Positions 1 through 11,312 of a DNA stretch of 64,000 bases are shown in pieces. The translations under genes were made by a program, and so were the position numbers. The first letter of the stretch is position 1; each line of letters starts with the position of its first letter. The notes under the pieces are model-generated. The model made no database searches. It saw only the letters and a program-made list of their open reading frames with translations, and was not told the DNA's origin. This DNA comes from Thermovirgaceae bacterium (GTDB lineage: Bacteria > Synergistota > Synergistia > Synergistales > Thermovirgaceae), in NCBI GenBank assembly GCA_040767805.1, contig JAXGNU010000003.1, positions 96,001 to 160,000 of the forward strand, read 5' to 3'.

Positions 1-423
1 CGGTGTCTTGAAACCCACGGCGCTGGTCGGTGAGGCTTGCCCCTTGGTGAGACCGTAGACCATGTTGTTATGGGCTATGTTCGTGATGTCTGGGTTTCTG
101 CGGATGGTGTGGACGAAGTGATTCCCCCCCTCGCCGTACATGTCGCCGTCACCGCCGATGGCGATCACGGTCAGCGCCCGGTTCGCCACCTTCATGCCCG
201 TGGCATTCGATATCGATCGGCCGTGCAGCCCGTTGAAAAAATTGCCCTTCATGAAATGGGGCGTCTTGGCTGCCTGCCCTATCCCCGAAAAGAGGACCAC
301 CTTTTCAGGGGGGAGTTCAAGCCCGGCAAGGGCTTTTTTCAAGGCTTCCAGGATTTGGAAATCCCCGCAACCGGGGCACCACTGGTTATCTATCCCTTCC
401 AGGTCGTAGATACGGTGATCCAT
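1..423 (-). CDS. 2-oxoacid:ferredoxin oxidoreductase beta subunit (3' end truncated by window edge)
   Basis: Manual translation from ATG at 423: [22 protein letters not shown]...GIGQAAK...LHGRS...[13 protein letters not shown]...[15 protein letters not shown] (WCPGCG and GDGD ThDP motifs). Directly downstream of the alpha subunit. Confidence 0.93.
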   Translation of the reverse strand, partial: MDHRIYDLEGIDNQWCPGCGDFQILEALKKALAGLELPPEKVVLFSGIGQAAKTPHFMKGNFFNGLHGRSISNATGMKVANRALTVIAIGGDGDMYGEGGNHFVHTIRRNPDITNIAHNNMVYGLTKGQASPTSAVGFKTP

Positions 424-435
424 CGAAAACACCCC

Positions 436-2163
436 CTATCGGAGCAGCTCAAGGAGCTTCGCGGCCACGGTCTCGACGGGGACCTGCAGACCGCTGTACC
501 ACAGGACGCGCTCCTCGATGAGGAAGCCCGTCTCTTTCCTCACCAGGTCGGCGAATTGACCGGTGGCGTTGCCCTCGACGGCGATGACCCTTTCGGCCTT
601 CTCCAGGTAAGCCCGGGTCCCCGGGTGGAGGGGGAACACCTGGTCAAAGTGGAGGTGGGCCGTTCCTTCCAGGTCCGCCTTCTCAAGGGCCTCCTCGACG
701 ATGTGATACAGGGAACCCCAGGTCACCACCAGGTTCTTGTAGTCCCCGGGCCCGGTCATCGTGGGCTCGATAACTCTCCCCAGGATGCCCTTCCTCTTCC
801 GGAGCCGCTTGTCCACCATCCGGCGGCGGAGTTCGAAATCCTCCTGCACGTGACCCACCTCGTCGTGCTCGTGGCTGTCGGTCCCCACGATCCCCCCGCC
901 GAAACCGGGGACGCTCCTGGGCGAGACGCCGCTCTCGGTGACTTCGTACCTCCGGTAGTCCTCTCCCGACTCCACGAGGAACCTCTGGACCTCCAGGCCA
1001 CTGGTGTCGAACTCCGGTAAGTTGTAGAAGGAGTTCAGGAAGTACTGGTCCGTGAGGATGAACACGGGGACCTGGAACTCGTCGGCCAGGTTGAAGGCGT
1101 CAAAGGTCAGCCGGAAGGCCCTTTCCAGGCTTCCCGGGGCGAAGACCGCCCTGGGGACGTCGCCATGGCCGCAGTAAACCGCCAGGTTAAGGTCGCCCTG
1201 CTCGGTCCTCGTGGCCATGCCCGTCGCGGGGCCGGGCCGCTGGCCAATGTGAAGGACGACGGGAAGTTCCGTGATGCCCGCCAGGCTCACCCCCTCCCCC
1301 ATCAACGAAAGGCCGCCGCCGGAGGTGCTCACCATGCTCCTGGCCCCACCATAGGAGGCGCCCAGGGCCATGTTTATGGCGGCTATCTCGTCCTCCGCCT
1401 GCTCCACGGCGACGGCATGGCTCCGGGCGTGCCTCGCCAGGTAGGTCAGCACTCCCGTGGCCGGAGACATCGGGTAGGAGGACATGAAATCACAGCCCCC
1501 GGCGAGGGCCCCCAGGGAGACCGCGTCGGACCCGTTCATCATCATCTCCCCGACGGCCCCTTTTCTCCTGGGGATGTCGACGGAAACCCCCTTCGAAGCC
1601 ACCAGTTCCCTGAAAAGCCCCATACCCTTCTCAAAAGCCGAAAGGTTGTTCTTCACGACCTGTTCGGACTTGGCGATAAACCTTTCTCTCAGCAGTCCTT
1701 CCGGTATTTCGGGCGGCACCTCCAGGAGTCCCGCCAGGAGTCCCGCCGCCACGATCCCGGTGTAGACGGGGCCTCCCGCCTCACGGCCCTTCTCCATCAG
1801 CGGCACGTTCAAAAAAGTGCCGCCCCTGTCGGCCAGTTCGTCCTTTATCTCCGCGGCATCCCCCAGGATGAGCGTCTCCGGGGTGATCCGTTCCCTAATG
1901 TTCGCCCTTATGCCGCCGTTCAGCGGGAGCAGGATGTTCATCCTGTCGACGAGGGCCCTCACTCTCTTGGAGGAAACCCGTATCTCCGTGGAATTGCTCC
2001 CGCCCCTGACCCTGGACATGTACTCCCTGCTCGCGAACACGTGGTAACCGGCTTTCCGGAACGAATCGACCAGGATCTCCTCGAGGGTCTGGACGCCCTG
2101 GCCGGCCGCCCCGCACAAAACCAACGACAGGTCGCTGTTTCCTTTCGAGGGGAATCGGAACAT
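436..2163 (-). CDS. 2-oxoacid:acceptor oxidoreductase alpha subunit (gamma-alpha fusion, KorA-like)
   Basis: GAAGQG, SRVRGG, YPMSP, QAEDEIAA, STSGGG, QRPGPATG motifs; GGAG RBS. Confidence 0.93.
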   Translation of the reverse strand: MFRFPSKGNSDLSLVLCGAAGQGVQTLEEILVDSFRKAGYHVFASREYMSRVRGGSNSTEIRVSSKRVRALVDRMNILLPLNGGIRANIRERITPETLILGDAAEIKDELADRGGTFLNVPLMEKGREAGGPVYTGIVAAGLLAGLLEVPPEIPEGLLRERFIAKSEQVVKNNLSAFEKGMGLFRELVASKGVSVDIPRRKGAVGEMMMNGSDAVSLGALAGGCDFMSSYPMSPATGVLTYLARHARSHAVAVEQAEDEIAAINMALGASYGGARSMVSTSGGGLSLMGEGVSLAGITELPVVLHIGQRPGPATGMATRTEQGDLNLAVYCGHGDVPRAVFAPGSLERAFRLTFDAFNLADEFQVPVFILTDQYFLNSFYNLPEFDTSGLEVQRFLVESGEDYRRYEVTESGVSPRSVPGFGGGIVGTDSHEHDEVGHVQEDFELRRRMVDKRLRKRKGILGRVIEPTMTGPGDYKNLVVTWGSLYHIVEEALEKADLEGTAHLHFDQVFPLHPGTRAYLEKAERVIAVEGNATGQFADLVRKETGFLIEERVLWYSGLQVPVETVAAKLLELLR

Positions 2164-2231
2164 CTTATCTCCTCCCTATTCCAGGAGGGGGCAAAGCCCG
2201 TCCTGTTCATTCGGCCAACACTCTGACAGTA

Positions 2232-2256
2232 AAGGCCCACCGCCGGGGTGGGCCTT
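2232..2256. terminator. Probable intrinsic terminator hairpin after copZ
   Basis: AAGGCCCACC-loop-GGTGGGCCTT inverted repeat. Confidence 0.55.
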
Positions 2257-2260
2257 CATT

Positions 2261-2464
2261 TCAGTTCTCGGGCGTGACGGGGTACCCGGCCTCTTCAAGG
2301 GCCTGGACGACCCTCTCTTCAAGGGGCGAACTTGAGAAAATCTTCTTCTCCTCCAGGGAAACCTCAAAGTCGCTCACCCCCATCGACTCCAGGACCCCGG
2401 TTATCCTCTTTACGCAATGGCCGCAGGACATGTCCGGTACCTTGTAGGAATACTCCCTGCCCAC
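2261..2464 (-). CDS. copZ: Heavy-metal-associated (HMA) copper chaperone, CopZ-like
   Basis: 67 aa with MSCGHC motif, immediately downstream of the Cu-ATPase. Confidence 0.85.
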   Translation of the reverse strand: MGREYSYKVPDMSCGHCVKRITGVLESMGVSDFEVSLEEKKIFSSSPLEERVVQALEEAGYPVTPEN

Positions 2465-4654
2465 TCAGATCTCCCCCTTTCTTATGGTCAGCGAATTCAG
2501 CACCACCGAGATCGAGCTGAAGGCCATGGCGGTCTCGGCGATCGCGGGGTGAAGGAGCCCGGCCATGGCCACCGGTATGGCAATGATATTGTACAGAAAG
2601 GCCCAGAAGAGGTTCCTGGTGATGACCTTGAAGGTCCGTTCCGATATCTTGATGCTCTCCAGGGCTTTCGACAAGCCGCCGCTCATGACCACGATGTCGG
2701 CGCTGTCGATGGCCAGGTCCATCCCGGAGCCGATGGCCATCCCGATATCGGCTCCCTTGAGGGCCGCCGCGTCGTTGATGCCGTCGCCTATCATGAGAAC
2801 CTTCTTGCCCTGGGCCTGATAGGTCCTCACGATATCGAGCTTGTCCTCGGGCCTCACACCCGAAAGGACCTCGGTGATGCCCACCTGTCGGGCCACGGCC
2901 CTGGCGGTCACCTCGTTGTCGCCGGTCACCATGACCGGCAGGAGCCCCAGGGCCTTCATCCCCTCCACGGCGGCGGGCGAGTCGTCCCTTATCTTATCCT
3001 CTATGGCGAAGAAACCCGCCGGGACCCCTTCCCGGTCGACCTCGACCACGGTTTTGCCGGCCTCGAGGTAACCGGAATAGGCATCGTAGGAGGCCGGTTT
3101 ACCTACCTCGTACCTGGTGCCGTTGACCACCCCGCTGACCCCCTTGCCGGCGATCTCTTCCATATCCTCTACCGCGGGAAGGTCTTCGCCGGCGGAAGCC
3201 GTGATCGCCTTGGCCAGGGGGTGACCCGAGTTCTTCTCGATGGCGGCGGCGGCGGCTAGGTCCTCGGGGGAAAGGTTGTGAAAGGTCACCGAAGGGTTGC
3301 CCTCGGTCATGGTGCCCGTCTTGTCCATCAGGATGACCCCTATGTCCTTGGTCGTCTGGATGGCCTCGGCGTTCCTGATCAGGAGCCCCCGCTTAGTCGC
3401 CAGGCCCGTCCCAGCCACGAGCGCCATGGGTGTCGCCAGCCCCAGGGCGCAGGGGCAGGCGATGACCATGGTGGCCACGAAGACGAAGACGGCGAAGGAA
3501 AGCCTGCTCTCCGTCACCAGGACCCAGGGGAAGTAAGCCCTCGCCGAAGAGACGAGGGGGTAAAACCGGTCGAAAAAGAAATACCAAAGGACCCCGGCGG
3601 TTACGGCGAGGGCCGTGACGACGGGGACGAACACCCTCGTGACGGCGTCGGCCAGCGCCTGGATCGGTATCTTGGAACCCTGGGCCTCCTGCACGAGGGA
3701 GACCATTTTCGAGAGGAAGGTATCCTCGCCGGTCCTGGTCACGGCGATGAGCATCTCGCCGGTCAGGTTCAACGACCCCCCCGTTACCGATGCGCCCTTC
3801 TCCTTGAGGACGGGGATCGGCTCCCCCGTTATCATCGATTCATCCACGGAAGAGCGCCCCGAAAGGACCTCGCCATCGACGGGCACTCTGTCGCCGGGCC
3901 CGACCTTGACGGTCATACCCTTCACGACGGCCTCGATGGGCACCCGGACCTCCTTGCCGTCGATGACGGCCCTGGCCTCGACGGCCCTCAGCTTGAGGAG
4001 ATTCTTGATCTCCTTGGCCGCCTTGTCCCTGAGGGAGGATTCGATGAACCTCCCCGAAATGTGGAGGGCCACGATCATCGCGCCGATGCTCCCGAAGGAG
4101 GCTATGGGGACTCCCAGCACGTGCAGCAGGGTCGTGGCCCACGCGGAGGCCGCCCCCACCGATATGAGGGTGTCCATGTTCGTGTGGAAGTGGGTCACGG
4201 CGATCCAGGCTCCCTTTATGCTCCCCCTGCCCACGTAGAAGACGACGAAGCCCGCCGCCGCCAGTTCAAGGGCGGGGAACCAGGGGAGGTGGTAACCGGC
4301 CATGTGAAAAAGCATCAGCACCATCAGGGGTACGGTCACCACCAGGGCCAGGAACAGGTTCCTCCTTGAGCTGAGATACCTGGCCCGGTCGATCTCCTCG
4401 GGCAGTTCATCGGAGACGCCGTAGCCCACCTTTTCGACCGCTTTTTGCAGGTCCTCCCAGGTAACGTTCTCGTCATGCACCACCAGGGCGGTCTCCGTCG
4501 CGAGGTTGACGGCGGCGAAGTCCACTCCCTCTACCTTTCGCAGGGACCTTTCAACGGCCCCGGAGCAGGCCGCGCAGGTCATCCCGGTTATCCTGAGGGT
4601 GGTTTTTTCTTGACCGTTCTTATCCTTGCTCTTGTTCTCCTTTTCATCCATCAT
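2465..4654 (-). CDS. copA: Copper-translocating P1B-type ATPase
   Basis: GMTCAAC N-terminal MBD, TGEP, CPC, DKTGT, HP, TGDN, GDGIND, YN and MxxSS motifs. Start moved to ATG at 4654 after a GGGAGG RBS. Confidence 0.93.
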   Translation of the reverse strand: MMDEKENKSKDKNGQEKTTLRITGMTCAACSGAVERSLRKVEGVDFAAVNLATETALVVHDENVTWEDLQKAVEKVGYGVSDELPEEIDRARYLSSRRNLFLALVVTVPLMVLMLFHMAGYHLPWFPALELAAAGFVVFYVGRGSIKGAWIAVTHFHTNMDTLISVGAASAWATTLLHVLGVPIASFGSIGAMIVALHISGRFIESSLRDKAAKEIKNLLKLRAVEARAVIDGKEVRVPIEAVVKGMTVKVGPGDRVPVDGEVLSGRSSVDESMITGEPIPVLKEKGASVTGGSLNLTGEMLIAVTRTGEDTFLSKMVSLVQEAQGSKIPIQALADAVTRVFVPVVTALAVTAGVLWYFFFDRFYPLVSSARAYFPWVLVTESRLSFAVFVFVATMVIACPCALGLATPMALVAGTGLATKRGLLIRNAEAIQTTKDIGVILMDKTGTMTEGNPSVTFHNLSPEDLAAAAAIEKNSGHPLAKAITASAGEDLPAVEDMEEIAGKGVSGVVNGTRYEVGKPASYDAYSGYLEAGKTVVEVDREGVPAGFFAIEDKIRDDSPAAVEGMKALGLLPVMVTGDNEVTARAVARQVGITEVLSGVRPEDKLDIVRTYQAQGKKVLMIGDGINDAAALKGADIGMAIGSGMDLAIDSADIVVMSGGLSKALESIKISERTFKVITRNLFWAFLYNIIAIPVAMAGLLHPAIAETAMAFSSISVVLNSLTIRKGEI

Positions 4655-4699
4655 AAGCGACCTCCCGTCGCGGACTCTCACTTCGGTTATTGCGACCAG

Positions 4700-4717
4700 T
4701 ATACCCTTCATGGTATA
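4700..4717. promoter_or_regulatory. Palindrome resembling a CsoR-family operator
   Basis: TATACC-CTTCAT-GGTATA between divergent copA and the arsF-like gene. Confidence 0.55.
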
Positions 4718-4763
4718 TTTATCGCAAGTGGCCATCATTATTCGGCCGAAACCTGGAGGGGCC

Positions 4764-5255
4764 ATGAATTATAAAAAGATCGCTGGTTACCTGGTACTTT
4801 TATTTGCTTTCGTCGGACTGGCCCGCGCGGGCCTTGACATCTACGGTGACCTTGCCCTGGGCGGGAACAGCAGCGCCGAGGCCGTAATCACCGGTGAAGC
4901 CCGGCCGCCCGAGGGCCCCGGTGAACTGGTCATTTACTTCTTCGAGGGGAATACCCCCTGCTCCGTCTGCGACAAGATCAGGGGGATGACGCTGGACCTG
5001 GTGAAGTCCGACCCCGAGCGATTGTCGCCCTTTTCCTTCCGGGACGTGAACGTGGAGGAAAAGGGTAACGAAAAGTATGTACTGGAATTGGGGCTCTTTT
5101 CCACTTCCGTCGTCCTCGCCCAGGAGTCGGGGGGAAAAATATACCGTTGGAAAAACCTGACCGGCGTCTGGGACCTGGCAGCGGACCCTGGGGCTTTCAG
5201 GGACTACATGCTCCGGGAGATCGACTCCTTCCTATCGGGGGGTGAAACCCGGTGA
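4764..5255 (+). CDS. Membrane-anchored thioredoxin-like CxxC protein (ArsF-like family)
   Basis: Start MNYKKIAG after GGAGG; N-terminal TM; YFFEGNTPCSVC; C-terminal WKNLxxVW. Confidence 0.7.
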   Translation: MNYKKIAGYLVLLFAFVGLARAGLDIYGDLALGGNSSAEAVITGEARPPEGPGELVIYFFEGNTPCSVCDKIRGMTLDLVKSDPERLSPFSFRDVNVEEKGNEKYVLELGLFSTSVVLAQESGGKIYRWKNLTGVWDLAADPGAFRDYMLREIDSFLSGGETR

Positions 5256-5932
5256 GCATCCTGACGGCCCTTTCAGCCCTTTGGCTGGGTGTACTGGCCT
5301 CGGTCAGCCCCTGCCCTCTTGCCGCGAACCTGGCGGCCTTCTCCTTCATCCAGAAGGAGGGGCTCTCCCCCCGCAGGGTGCTCCTGTCGGGGAGCCTCTA
5401 CTCCGCCGGGCGCACGGTGACCTTCGCCGCTGCCGGGGTGGTCGTGATATCGGGGCTCATGGCCGTTCCCGAGGTGTCCCTTTTCATGCAGCACCACATG
5501 AACAGGCTCATCGGGCCCATACTCCTGATCGTGGGCGTCTTCGTGCTGGACCTGATCGAGGTGAGGGGAAGGAAGACCATCGCTGAAAGGGTATCCTCCG
5601 GCGCTCCCTTTCGAGGCGCGACCGGGGCCTTCCTCATGGGTGTGCTCTTCGCCCTGGCCATCTGTCCCGTCTCGGCGGCCCTTTTCTTCGGCGGCCTCAT
5701 CCCGTTGGCCGCTGAAAAGGGTTCCCGGGTGATTCTCCCCGCCCTTTTCGGCCTCGGGAGCGGTCTGCCGGTGACGGTTCTTTCCTTCGTTTTTTCCATG
5801 GGGGCCAGGGCCGTATCGCGGAGCATGGGCGCCGTCTACAACCTGCAGAAGATCATCCAGGCGGCTTCGGGGGTGGTCCTGATCCTGATCGGCCTCTACT
5901 TCTCGCTGACCTCCACCTTCGGACTCCTTTGA
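5252..5932 (+). CDS. CcdA/DsbD-like membrane protein (ArsG-like family)
   Basis: SPCPLAAN and ALAICPVSAALFFG motifs, about 6 TM segments, GTGA overlap with the upstream gene. Confidence 0.75.
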   Translation: MSILTALSALWLGVLASVSPCPLAANLAAFSFIQKEGLSPRRVLLSGSLYSAGRTVTFAAAGVVVISGLMAVPEVSLFMQHHMNRLIGPILLIVGVFVLDLIEVRGRKTIAERVSSGAPFRGATGAFLMGVLFALAICPVSAALFFGGLIPLAAEKGSRVILPALFGLGSGLPVTVLSFVFSMGARAVSRSMGAVYNLQKIIQAASGVVLILIGLYFSLTSTFGLL

Positions 5933-5947
5933 GGGGGACTTTTGTTC

Positions 5948-5976
5948 TTGTCTGTAGACCTCGGCCCGGTTATAAT
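5948..5976 (+). promoter_or_regulatory. sigma70-type promoter
   Basis: TTGTCT-17 nt-TATAAT upstream of the small Zn-ribbon ORF. Confidence 0.7.
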
Positions 5977-6026
5977 AAGGCAGCAAGTCAGGCTACGCTT
6001 ACGATGACGCAGGGAGGTGCAGGCCA

Positions 6027-6200
6027 GTGAGGAAGTACCGATGTCTCCACTGCCGCCATGAGTTCGAGGTGGAGGACCTTTCCGCGGGTCTTAAGTGTCC
6101 CAAGTGTTTCAACCGCTTTGTCCAGCTCATAGAGGGCGAGTCCGTCAAGGGAAAGTCTTGGGGAAGCAAGAGTTTCAGCGTCCCCAAGATGAGTGACTGA
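6027..6200 (+). CDS. Small zinc-ribbon protein (57 aa; absent from the ORF track)
   Basis: GGGAGG RBS + GTG; MRKYRCLHCRHEFEVEDLSAGLKCPKCFNRFVQLIEGESVKGKSWGSKSFSVPKMSD; two CxxC motifs; own promoter and terminator. Confidence 0.8.
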   Translation: MRKYRCLHCRHEFEVEDLSAGLKCPKCFNRFVQLIEGESVKGKSWGSKSFSVPKMSD

Positions 6201-6230
6201 TCGAAAGACCCGTGTCCTTCCTCAAAACAG

Positions 6231-6266
6231 AAAAGGGGGCTTGGTGGACTCGGCCCCCTTCTTTTT
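6231..6266 (+). terminator. Intrinsic terminator
   Basis: AAGGGGGC...GCCCCCTT followed by CTTTTT. Confidence 0.65.
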
Positions 6267-6542
6267 CACCCCGAAAGCCCGTGTTCTGAAAGCATCCCCT
6301 GAGCGGCATACTTTTAGCCCTGTCCCGTCACCATGATTGGGGACTTGTTCTCCCTTCACAGGCAAGTCAGAGGCGGCGTGAATAAAATGGTTGCGTCCCC
6401 GCCTGCCTGATGGACAACCTGATGTCACCCTCGTTCTTCATGGGATACATTCTCTAACAAAACCCTGGGGGGGATGACATTTCCCCCTTCTCAAGAGAGG
6501 GAGACCTTGTTCCTGTCCGGCCACACACCTTGCACGGGTGCC

Positions 6543-6572
6543 TTGCAAAAATATTCTCCTTGCGGATATAAT
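6543..6572 (+). promoter_or_regulatory. sigma70-type promoter of tRNA-Val
   Basis: TTGCAA-18 nt-TATAAT about 15 nt before the tRNA. Confidence 0.6.
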
Positions 6573-6586
6573 GACCCGTGGCTTTC

Positions 6587-6661
6587 GGGCGACTAGCTCA
6601 GCGGAAGAGCGCTTCCCTCACACGGAAGAGGTCACAGGTTCGAACCCTGTGTCGCCCACCA
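6587..6661 (+). tRNA. tRNA-Val (CAC)
   Basis: GGGCGAC/GTCGCCC acceptor stem, anticodon arm CTTCC-CTCACAC-GGAAG, GGTTCGAA T-loop, CCA end. Confidence 0.96.
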
Positions 6662-6824
6662 CTGGTTCTTTCCCCGCCCTTTTTGTACTCCCCCCTGGGA
6701 AGTAAAAAAAGCGCGCCGGCCTTAAAAAAGTCCACCCTGGAACCGCCTGAAGGGTTGAAAAAACGGCCCGCTTCCCCTGGCTTAAGGAAGCGGACCGTTA
6801 GCGATCCCTTCATCGAAGAAATTT

Positions 6825-8869
<2,045 letters not shown>

Positions 8870-8895
<26 letters not shown>

Positions 8896-10072
8896 CTATC
8901 ATGCCCTGGAGTTCCCGTATCGCCCTCTTCAGCTGGGCGTCGCTCTCCCTGTCCTTTACGAATTCGCCCTCCACCTCTATGTCGGGTGAAAGACCGACCT
9001 TGTCGATCACGGTGCCCGCGGGGGTGTAATACTTCGCTATGGTAACAAAAATCCCCGACGAATCGGAAAGGTTGAAGAGGGTCTGCACCGACCCCTTCCC
9101 GAAGGATTGTTTGCCCACGATCACGGCCCTCCCATGGTCCTTGAGCGCCCCGGCGAGGATCTCGGAGGCGCTGGCGCTGCCCTCGTTGATCAGCACGGTC
9201 ATGGGGAGGTCGGTTATGGTCCCCTTCCTGGCGTAGTACACCTCGTTGGCACGGTCGAATCGCCCCCGGGTACTGACGATGACCCCGTCATCGAGCAGGA
9301 GGTCCGCTATTTCAACGCAACTGTTCAGGAGGCCCCCCGGGTTATTCCTCAGGTCGATCAGGATGCCGCCGGCCCCTTGTTCGGTGAGGTCGTGAACGGC
9401 CTTTCGGAAATCGGGCAAGGTCTTCAGGTTGAACTGGGTTATCCTCACAAGCCCGACCTTCTCCTGCAACAGCTCCGACTTAACGGTCTGGATCTTGATG
9501 CTCTCCCTTTCGATCTCGAACTTGAGCAGTTCATCCTCGGACTCGCGCCTGATCCAAATGACGACCTTCGTTCCCGGTTCGCCCCTGAGGGCGTGGACTA
9601 CTTCGTTCTGGGGCCACCCCAGGATCACCTCATCATCGATCTTGACGATCTGGTCCTTCGGTTTGAGGCCGGCCCGGTCAGCCGGCGTGTCCTCTATGGG
9701 GCTCACGACAAGGGTCTTCCCGTCGCGCTGACCGATGTAGATCCCCAAGCCGCCGTACTCGCCCTGGAGTTCGATCTCCTCTTCCTTGAGTTCGTCAGGG
9801 TCGACGAAACGGGTGTAGGGATCCTTCAGCGACGAGACCATGCCCTTGATCGCTCCGTGGAGGAGTTCTTTTTCGGAGATGTGTTCCTCGCCGTCGACGT
9901 GGTATGTCTCGAGGATGACGCGGGCCTGCTTCATGAGCCACAAGTTCTGGAAGCTGAAAGGAGCGGACTTGAACAGGTCCATCTCGTTGAAGGCGACGGC
10001 CGAAAGGACGCCTCCCACGAGAAGGGCGCCCACCACGGCCCCGATGAAAATATCCCTTGCCCGACGAAACAT
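8870..10072 (-). CDS. ctpA: Carboxyl-terminal processing protease (S41A, PDZ domain)
   Basis: DPYT, GGLGI (PDZ), DLRNNPGG, SASASEI, SFGKGSVQ motifs. Confidence 0.92.
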
Positions 10073-10098
10073 GCGCCTATTCCACCCTTCAGACTACA

Positions 10099-11289
10099 CT
10101 ACCTGCCGAGGTAGGATACAGGATTCTTTGCCTCACCGTTGACCCTTACCTCGAAATGGAGGTGGGGCCCCGATGCCACCCCGGTGTTTCCTACGTTCCC
10201 TATGACCTCCCCGCCCTTGACTACCTTTCCCTCCTCGACACGGATCTGGGAGAGGTGGCCGTAGACGGTGGAGAGGTCCCCGCCGTGGTCGAGTATGACG
10301 ATCTGGCCGTAACCCCGGAGCCAGCCGGCGAAAAGCACCTCCCCCGCGGCGGCGGCCTTGACCGGGGTCCCCGCCGGCGCCCTTATGTCAAGGCCCGTGT
10401 GCATTATCTTGGTCTTGAACACGGGGTGCACCCTCGTGCCGAATTGGCTGCTGATCTCACCCCTGATCGGCCAGGAAAGCTTCGCCCCCGAAGGCACGTA
10501 AACCGGCGGAACGCCTGCCCTTGACTCCTGCATCTTCCTTTTCTGGGCCATGAGTTCACGGATCTTGCCCTGGAGTTCCTTCTGGGATTCTTCCAGTTCC
10601 CGGGCGGCCTTCTGGTGCAAGGCCTTCTGCTTGGTCAAGGCGTCCAGGGACTGTTTTCTCTGCGCCTCGGTACTTTTCAAGGCTTTCCGGTCTTTCTCCA
10701 GGCTTTCCTTCTGCTTGACCAACAGGGCCTTCTGGTCAAGCAGCTGCTTCCTGGAGGATTCCAGCTTCATTTTACTCTCCTTCATGGCCATGATCCTGCG
10801 CTCATCCTCGCGGGCCATCCTGGACAGGAGATAGGCGTTGGTGAGAGCTTCATGGGTGCTGCTCGACGAGAGAAGGAGGTTGAACTCCGCGACGCCCCCG
10901 TACTTGTAGATCGCCTCGAACCTCCTGGCAAGGTAGCCCCTGGACCTGGCCAGGTCCGCCTCGGTGCTCTTGATCTCGACAGTTAGTTCCTTGATCCCCA
11001 GTTCCGTTTTTTCACGCTGCAGGTCGAGAAGGGCGATCTTCTGCTTCAGGAGGGTGACGCTCTGGTCTATCCGGGAAAGATCGTCGAGGAGACCCTCCTC
11101 CTTCCTCCGTGCCTTTTGGATCTGCTTCTGGTGGAAGGAGATCTGTTTTTCTATCGCTTCCAGGCGACCCTGTTCGTCCTTGATCCTCGAGTCGATATCA
11201 GGCGTGTTGGCTCCCCGGGCGACCGCCGGCGAGAGGGTTAAAAAAAGCAGCAGTAATATCGTGGCCGAGGACCGGCTTTTTCTCTTCAT
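10099..11289 (-). CDS. EnvC-like murein hydrolase activator / M23 peptidase with coiled coil
   Basis: Signal peptide from MKRKSR, long coiled coil, HTGLD and HLHFE M23 motifs; downstream of ftsEX. Confidence 0.88.
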   Translation of the reverse strand: MKRKSRSSATILLLLFLTLSPAVARGANTPDIDSRIKDEQGRLEAIEKQISFHQKQIQKARRKEEGLLDDLSRIDQSVTLLKQKIALLDLQREKTELGIKELTVEIKSTEADLARSRGYLARRFEAIYKYGGVAEFNLLLSSSSTHEALTNAYLLSRMAREDERRIMAMKESKMKLESSRKQLLDQKALLVKQKESLEKDRKALKSTEAQRKQSLDALTKQKALHQKAARELEESQKELQGKIRELMAQKRKMQESRAGVPPVYVPSGAKLSWPIRGEISSQFGTRVHPVFKTKIMHTGLDIRAPAGTPVKAAAAGEVLFAGWLRGYGQIVILDHGGDLSTVYGHLSQIRVEEGKVVKGGEVIGNVGNTGVASGPHLHFEVRVNGEAKNPVSYLGR

Positions 11290-11312
11290 GATAGCTGCAC
11301 CCCAGTCTCTTG

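Noticed and set aside
6270..6540. Intergenic stretch and a 68-aa minus-strand ORF before tRNA-Val
   Set aside because: No recognisable motif, RBS or convincing RNA structure.
6662..6824. Homopolymer-rich spacer after tRNA-Val as a possible att site or repeat
   Set aside because: No duplicated tRNA 3' end or integrase was seen in the window; it looks like low-complexity or noisy sequence.
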